Shown here in pieces: positions 56,061-64,000 of a stretch of DNA of 64,000 bases; the stretch's first letter is position 1; each line of letters begins with the position of its first letter. The notes beneath the pieces are model-generated. The model worked only from the letters and a program-made list of their open reading frames with translations, was not told where the DNA came from and ran no database searches. The stretch is taken from positions 73,842,001-73,906,000 of the forward strand of contig NC_042998.1 of assembly GCF_006345805.1 (NCBI RefSeq). The letters run 5' to 3'. The position numbers and the translations under genes were made by a program. The stretch comes from Octopus sinensis (Eukaryota).

Positions 56061-56329
56061 TGTCAATTACTAACAGCAGAAATCAATGAGTTGTCCTACT
56101 ACAGACTAATTTGCTTGTATATATGCATTGGACTGTTGTAAGACAGCTCAATATTTATGATAAATGGTTTACACAATAACATCGATACTCAACAATTTCT
56201 GAAATGTAATATAGACCAATTGTTGAACACTGACTTCTTGAAATTAACGGATTTTCAATTTTCGCACTTCAGAAATTATTATACAAAGGCATCACTAAGA
56301 ATCACACCTTTTCTGTTAAAGAATAATTC

Positions 56330-59300
56330 TATCGAGTTTGAATGGTATCTTAAATCTGGGAAGCTAGATGTGAACGAAAAAATGGATCTGTTTCTATTAA
56401 ATCTTGGGTCACAATGATGCAATAGAGTGGTTTAGAATTACAAAAGAGGAGGATGAAGATAGCATAACATACAATTCAAGAGCAAAAAATCCATTACCTC
56501 CAAATTCACTAGCAGTAAAATACACTTATGGAAGGAATAACACATTATTCATCGAGGCTTTGACAACTTTCTAGTATCTTAATCAGTTCTTTCAATTTTA
56601 TAGAACAGGCAATTAAAGATACAATTACCAAGAACTCAACAAGGAAGCCTTTCGAAAGACAATTTCTTCGCCTGCCTCATAAACCTATAGAAAAAAAACT
56701 CTTTAAGTTGCAGAATGCTGTTTTTATAGCTCATGTGAGTCTACTATAATTGTCATGGATAGTACTCCCACGAGTGGCCATTACTGCTGTTGGAGAAACA
56801 GCTTCAGTTCAAGATAAAATTTCAGTGAGAAGTGATTAAAAACCATCCGAGAATTTAAATAAAAACCAGTTGCTGATAAATTACATCAAAATTGTAAGAT
56901 GATTGAATACTTTACTAAACGTCCCAGAAAATTTTTTGAAAAGACAAGCCGAAAACAATAGTATCAGCAGCACCAAACTCATGAATAATATTGAGGAAAC
57001 TTTTTGTTACTGTATTTTGGAATAATCAACGAATGCTTATTGATAATGGCAGAATTGTCTTTGATTCGTAAACACATTTCAAAAAGCTTGGTACTAAATT
57101 GTATCCACATCATCTGAAAACGTACTATCTGTTGACAGAATCAAGCTTTAATATTATTAGAAGAATAATTCCGAAAAGCTGCTGATGAGGAAGAGTATTT
57201 TTTTGTTTTCTACAGAATATCTGGAAACCCCCATCTTTATCGCATTTCCAATTACTTCAGATTAAATTTAAAAGTTAACTTCCGTCTTGATTGTGTCTGT
57301 TGCACGCGTTGATCTAAAATAATTGCATAATTGACAAACCGTCAAAATTTCGAATAATCAGAGTCGCGCAATTTCTGCGTAACAATACCCATATATTGCT
57401 CTTCTCAGCATCGCCCTTTTGGAGATAGCGAATTTATTAAAGTTTAAACTAATAAACTTCTGACTCAGGGAATAATTATATCTTCAAAGTCATCATGGCA
57501 CTCACAAGTTGTTGTAACTACAAAAGGTAATGGCCAAAGACGTTTAGTAGTGGACTACGCATCTATTAGTAATAGATACATACTGCTAGTTGCATTTCAT
57601 ACCTCATTCATTAGCGATTTTTTAAAGCCAAATTCCTGGAAATAATAATTATCAAGTGTCTTGCGTTCCCGAGAGCAACATTTTACAACCTTTGAAGCAA
57701 ATAATGAATTACTGCAATGTTTGCGCGATTGCCTCTTGGTGTTACTAATGGAATACCAATTTTTTGTAGAATAATGAAAGTATTAATGACGTAGTTCATA
57801 CTTTGATCATGCGGTAGAGGGAAAAGAAACGAGAAGTTTAATGCCATGAATTTGCTAACTTTTCTCAAACATTCCCTAGAGTCAGATCTTTGACTCGACT
57901 CTAAAATAATGAAAATTTAGTGTAACAGTTATTGTTTCAGAAACATATTTTTAGAGAAGACAAGATGGGGCTGGACCATGACTGACAATGGCCTCTATTT
58001 GGGTTTCCTCTGCTTGGAAATTCCGAGATCCTTGAGAATTTTTTACTGGGTTAAATGTGTATTATTCAAAGGAGATAAAAAGTTGTTTTACTGAAATTGC
58101 AGTACACTTCTTTGAAGCTGCATGATTTTGAATTTTCCTTTACTGATGCAAAATAAGAAAGACAACGCTGCTGTGCCTTCGTTATCTATTCCAACACCTG
58201 GTTCACTACTTACTTTTGAAACAGACACAAGAGTTGCTGATGAAGCAAAATAACAACCAGTATACTTATATCCACTTAAACTGAATTATATTTTAAAGAA
58301 ATGGCCAAATGGAGATTTAGAAATCTACAGTATTCAGATGAGTTGAAAAAACGTGACATTGCCAATTAACACAAAAATTCTTACTTGTTACAGATCAACA
58401 AGCAATAACTTTCCTATTTGATAGCCGACCTAAATGTGTTCGCAGCTCTTAGAGTTCTCGTATGAAATACAATACTGTCTGGGAAAAGAGAATTTTGCAG
58501 CAAATACCGTAAGTTTGATGCTAAGTGATAAGCAAAGAGATATAATAAAAGAATAGGACACCCTGCCTTAGATAGACAAATTTTTAATATGAAAAGATTC
58601 AATTATAATATCCTATTAAAAGAAACACAGAGATAAAATTAAATAAAGCGATGTGTGAAAGATTGAATAAAATTTCATTTAGTGAAAATGACATCTGGCC
58701 AAAATATTCTATTAACAAAGCCTCGGCAGCGAATGTCACTTGATATTGTGGAACGAACAGCAATTACTAAAATGAGCGACTCTCGCATTTTGACAGTACT
58801 TGATGAGTTTATGCATTGTTCTTTCTATCTGCATGAAACAAAGCAAGTTCTCAAACTATTATTCAAATCTTCTCCTTTATTAGCCACTTTGTTCAGTACT
58901 CCAAGCTTTGTTCACGGTGGCCGTGGCATTCAATCTCAAAGCACTGGATTTCTGTATTATTTAACTAATTAGAATATTCATAAGATTGGAACAGATCCTT
59001 ACCCTCCTTCGTCAAATGCGGGTGGAGAATGAATGATACAAAGGACACGGTGGAAAACTACTCAGTTACATCTCATACAAACAAGCTGATAAAAAGAATT
59101 TAACAAAGAACTCACGCAAATATTAATTAATTCATTGCTTGTAAAACCTTTAAACATACAATTACCTCGCGGCATGATGTTTAACTCTGCACGTAATACT
59201 ATACTGGGAAAAGGTGGTGAGCTAGCAAAAATGTTATCACGCCGGGCGAAATGCTTAGCGGTATTTAGTCTGTGTTTACGTTCTGAGTTCAAATTCCGCC

Positions 59301-59650
59301 GAGGTCGACTTTGCCTTTCATCCTTTCGGGTGTCGATAAATTAAGTACAAGTTGCATACTGGGGTCGTTCTAATCGACTGGCCCCCTCCCCATAAATTTC
59401 GGGCCTTGTGCCTAGAGCAGAAACGAATACTATACTGGAAAATCCAGATGATTTTTATCTTTAATTCTCCGACATTTTGAAAATCAGTTATGGGTTTTTT
59501 TTCCAGAGAAAATCAGTATACCTTTACAAAAAAATGTCTGACTACCAGAATATAAGTGCTTACTGATAGAGGTGCCCTTTTTCTACTATATCCTAATTCA
59601 GTCTACAGCAGGGAAGTATGTGATAAAGTTTCATGAAACCGAAAATCTCT
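56330..59650 (+). mobile_element. Highly decayed Ty3/Gypsy LTR-retrotransposon internal region (gag-RT-RNaseH-integrase)
   Basis: RT-like SSWHSQVVVTTKGNGQRRLVVDY (~57490) and PLGVTNG..F.RIM (~57730); RNaseH-like FTLTFETD (~58200); integrase-like KPRQRMSLD..LTVLDEF..FSTPSFVHGGRG (58682..58972). Domain order is Gypsy-type; LTRs not recognised. Confidence 0.75.
59213..59428 (+). mobile_element. SINE family A monomer (alternative tail) inserted in the Gypsy relic
   Basis: TSD aatactatactgg(g/a)aaa on both sides. Confidence 0.9.
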
Positions 59651-59689
59651 GGTCATGTAGTGCGGCTTCTCTTAAGCAAATACAACACG

Positions 59690-59955
59690 TGATAACATTA
59701 GTAATGATGATAGCGTTAGCAATGAGGATAATGTTCGCAATTGTAACAATACAAGCAACGATAACTAGCAACGATGGATGATAACATTAGCAACTATGAT
59801 GACATTAGCAACGACGATGGCACTATCAATAGTGAGCGAACAGTGACGATTATAACATTAGCAATGTTGATAACATAACGATGATGAAAGCATTAACAAT
59901 GAAGATGAAATCTATTATGATGGAAACATTAGCAATGATAACATCAGTAATGAAG
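59690..59955. repeat. Degenerate ~18-bp minisatellite
   Basis: Recurrent gataacattagcaatgat-like unit. Confidence 0.75.
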
Positions 59956-60205
59956 AAGATTAAGTCAAATGCTCAACAAACAACTCCGTTTACTGATCAG
60001 ACCTTTCTTTTTCTTCCTTGATGTAAAAGAGTAAAGGGTGTATATAACGCGATGCTTCAAATGGTGTAGCCCTCGAGAATCAGACATGGCAAGGTGCCGA
60101 ACTGTGAGGTTGAACTAGGAATTCCTGATTTTGAAGTGAACATCTTAACCACTTGACCATACGCGCTACCACACATACTCGAGTACACACACACACACAT
60201 ACACA

Positions 60206-60248
<43 letters not shown>

Positions 60249-60350
60249 TATACACAGGCATGCAAGGCCACACGCGCGCGCACACATAGGTGTTCACACA
60301 AACATCCAAATATACTCATACACACAAATAGTCCTTACACATACACATAT

Positions 60351-60485
60351 AGGCGCAAGCGTTGGAAGAAGCTTGCTTCCCAACCACATTCGTTCCGGGT
60401 TCAGTCCCACTACGTGGCACCTTGGGCAAGTGTTCTTTATAATAGCCTCGGCCTCACCAAAATCTTGTGAGTGGATTTGGTAGAC
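60351..60485 (+). mobile_element. SINE family B 5' half
   Basis: Head and core homology, then runs into a microsatellite. Confidence 0.8.
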
Positions 60486-60539
60486 ATACACATACATACG
60501 TGTATACATACACAAACACACACACATACATATATAATA

Positions 60540-61087
60540 TACATACATGCATTCGTACACACATACACATACATACACACATACATACATAGACACATGC
60601 ATACATGCATACATACACACATACATACACACATGCATACATGCATACATACACACATGCATACACACATACACACACATACATATATATACATACATAC
60701 CATACTTGCACGCATACATACATACATACATACACACATATGCACGCATACATATATACATACACACATACATACAAAATACATACATACATACATAAAA
60801 TAAAATAAAGTAAAAAAAAAATAAAATACATACATAGTAAACAGGCATACTTCTGCGCATGCGCGAACACACTCACACGCGCGCGCGCACACACACATAT
60901 ACGCATTCAGACACCTACACACTCACTGCAACGCCGAGTGAACTGCAGAAATACATTATAGGTCGAACTAATCCGGGAGTAATTCGATTTTTGAAGTTAA
61001 AAGGAAAATAAGCAGCAGTAATATTGTAAAACATGTTGTTCGTGTTGTTTGGGATGAGACTCCTACTGTCGCTGCTATTCAGTTTGC

Positions 61088-61124
<37 letters not shown>

Positions 61125-61349
61125 CAGACTCTTCTTGATAATGACGATGATGATGATGATGATGGGGGAGGATAATGATGGTGACGATGTTGATAGTGGT
61201 GGTGGTGGTGAGGATGTTCCTTGTGTTTTTTTATTTTGGTGATGTCAAAATATTAGGCTTTGAGAATGATGGAACCCTGTCTTTTGTGTGATTCGCTATC
61301 TCCCTCTCTACCCCACCACCTCTGTGCGTATGAGGATATATAATATATA

Positions 61350-61380
<31 letters not shown>

Positions 61381-61398
61381 ATATATTATATATATATA

Positions 61399-61440
<42 letters not shown>

Positions 61441-61992
61441 TATATACATACATGCATTCGTACACACATACACATACATACACACATACATACATAGACA
61501 CATGCATACATGCATACATACACACATACATACACACATGCATACATGCATACATACACACATGCATACACACATACACACACATACATATATATACATA
61601 CATACCATACTTGCACGCATACATACATACATACATACACACATATGCACGCATACATATATACATACACACATACATACAAAATACATACATACATACA
61701 TAAAATAAAATAAAGTAAAAAAAAAATAAAATACATACATAGTAAACAGGCATACTTCTGCACATGCGCGAACACACTCACACGGGCGCGCGCACACACA
61801 CATATACGCATTCAGACACCTACACACTCACTGCAACGCCGAGTGAACTGCAGAAATACATTATAGGTCGAACTAATCCGGGAGTAATTCGATTTTTGAA
61901 GTTAAAAGGAAAATAAGCAGCAGTAATATTGTAAAACATGTTGTTCGTGTTGTTTGGGATGAGACTCCTACTGTCGCTGCTATTCAGTTTGC

Positions 61993-62029
<37 letters not shown>

Positions 62030-62245
62030 CAGACTCTTCTTGATAATGACGATGATGATGATGATGATGGGGGAGGATAATGATGGTGACGATGTTGATA
62101 GTGGTGGTGGTGGTGAGGATGTTCCTTGTGTTTTTTTATTTTGGTGATGTCAAAATATTAGGCTTTGAGAATGATGGAACCCTGTCTTTTGTGTGATTCG
62201 CTATCTCCCTCTCTACCCCACCACCTCTGTGCGTATGAGGATATA
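60540..62245. repeat. Near-identical tandem duplication, period 905 bp
   Basis: 60540-61340 is repeated at 61445-62245; identical ORFs 61033..61242 and 61938..62147. Confidence 0.95.
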
Positions 62246-62301
62246 TATATATATATATAATATATATATATATTATATATATATATATATAATATATTAT
62301 A

Positions 62302-62333
<32 letters not shown>

Positions 62334-62363
62334 CATGCATATATACTTATATACATACGCACG

Positions 62364-62441
<78 letters not shown>

Positions 62442-62598
62442 ATATATATATACATATACGCATATATTCATTTATATATGTGTATGTGTATAAACATACA
62501 TTTATAAATGTATATGTATACGTATCGTCTTCTATCTCTGTAACCCTCTCTATCCCTCTATGTACATATATACATACATATATATGTACATATAGATA

Positions 62599-62647
<49 letters not shown>

Positions 62648-62659
62648 TATACATATATA

Positions 62660-62704
<45 letters not shown>

Positions 62705-62708
62705 ATAG

Positions 62709-62753
<45 letters not shown>

Positions 62754-63862
62754 CATTATATACGTATATATATACAGAAGCATATATACATACATGCGTG
62801 TATGCCCATTGACGATGCCGATTTACTACTTTCCACGTCATCTAATCTCCTTTTCTTCTCTAATTCATATTAACATATCTCTCGAAGATTAGCAATGTTT
62901 GTGCATATAAGAACGTACGTCTATATACATACATACCATATATTTTTTTTGTGTGTGTATGTGTGTGTGTAGATATGTATGTATGCAAGTTCCTATATGA
63001 GAGCCTGTATATATGTGACATGAATGTTTAGTTGATAAATATGTTGATAAAATACAAACTGCAACTCTGCCAAATGACATCTGAAAAGTAAAAGTAACGA
63101 TTGAAAGAACAATGAGAGGAGATATAGGAGATCTATCAGTTTGGCAAACGTCTCTGTTTTCTTTTTGCATGATTTTGAGATGGTGTGTGAGGGATGGCAA
63201 TGGAAGAGGTCGACATCCTTTACTATGATCTGATTAGGAGATTCTGAGTTTTGGGGTCAAATCCTGAAAGAAAACACTTGGAATTTTATCTTATCAGAAA
63301 CAAGTATAATAATGAATATTGTGTGTCTGTGTGTGTGTTATACCAATTTTTGTTTAAAACTTGGCCATCCTTGGTCAAAAAGTTTTCCTGTGTAACCAAC
63401 ACTTTATAGTTTGTTTTTGACACCCTGTATCTATGACCACGTTATCCAATATGTCCTTCTTTTTTAAAACGGCAGAGTACCATATTCGGTTGCTATTTCT
63501 AGCAGGTCAAGCAATTTCATAGGCACTCTCTCGTTAGCGTCTGTAATATTTTGCAGCAGATTAATTAAAATTTCTCGCTACATCCTCAAAAATAATCTAA
63601 TTAAACATGACATAGAACCGTGATGAGTTCCAAATATAATTTAATTAAATATAACCTTATAAAGTAGCGCTGCGTTTCAATTATTGAGGTTCGATTCACA
63701 GTTACAATTGCTTCATTAAATATATTTCATGGTACTCGGAAAAGCATTAATCTCACAACTTCTCATAAGTCCTTAAATTCCTTAAATCTAGGAATATACA
63801 CTGATATGAGAAAGTATTATAACTCGGTATAGGACAAACCACTGGCAATAGTTCTCTCTCTG

Positions 63863-63938
<76 letters not shown>

Positions 63939-64000
63939 ATTTATTGTTTTTATTTACAGAGGAGAATAGTTTTAAAATCAGTTGATACATTTCTTGCCCA

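Overview
AT-rich, microsatellite-dense animal DNA. The SINE families look octopus/cephalopod-like, which is an inference from recognised sequence. I can support no host protein-coding gene, RNA gene or CRISPR array, and most ORFs in the track are simple-repeat artefacts. The window is almost entirely mobile elements. (1) A full-length, frameshifted Tx1-clade LINE (47458-52801) is inserted with a 14-bp TSD into a SINE, at the same site where that SINE family forms its head-to-tail multimer junctions. The SINE 3' tail resembles the Tx1 3' end, suggesting a self-targeting LINE/SINE system. (2) A second Tx1 family has three copies, all in (GATA)n arrays, each ending in AATAAA plus (ATCT)n. (3) About ten type-I hammerhead ribozyme motifs occur in short tandem or fold-back units, mostly in (TA)n tracts, with a Penelope-like GIY-YIG endonuclease remnant. 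(4) There is also a near-intact mariner with TIRs, mariner relics, a non-autonomous Helitron, a decayed Gypsy element, many tRNA-derived SINEs and a 905-bp tandem duplication. Coordinates were read by eye and may be off by a few bases.
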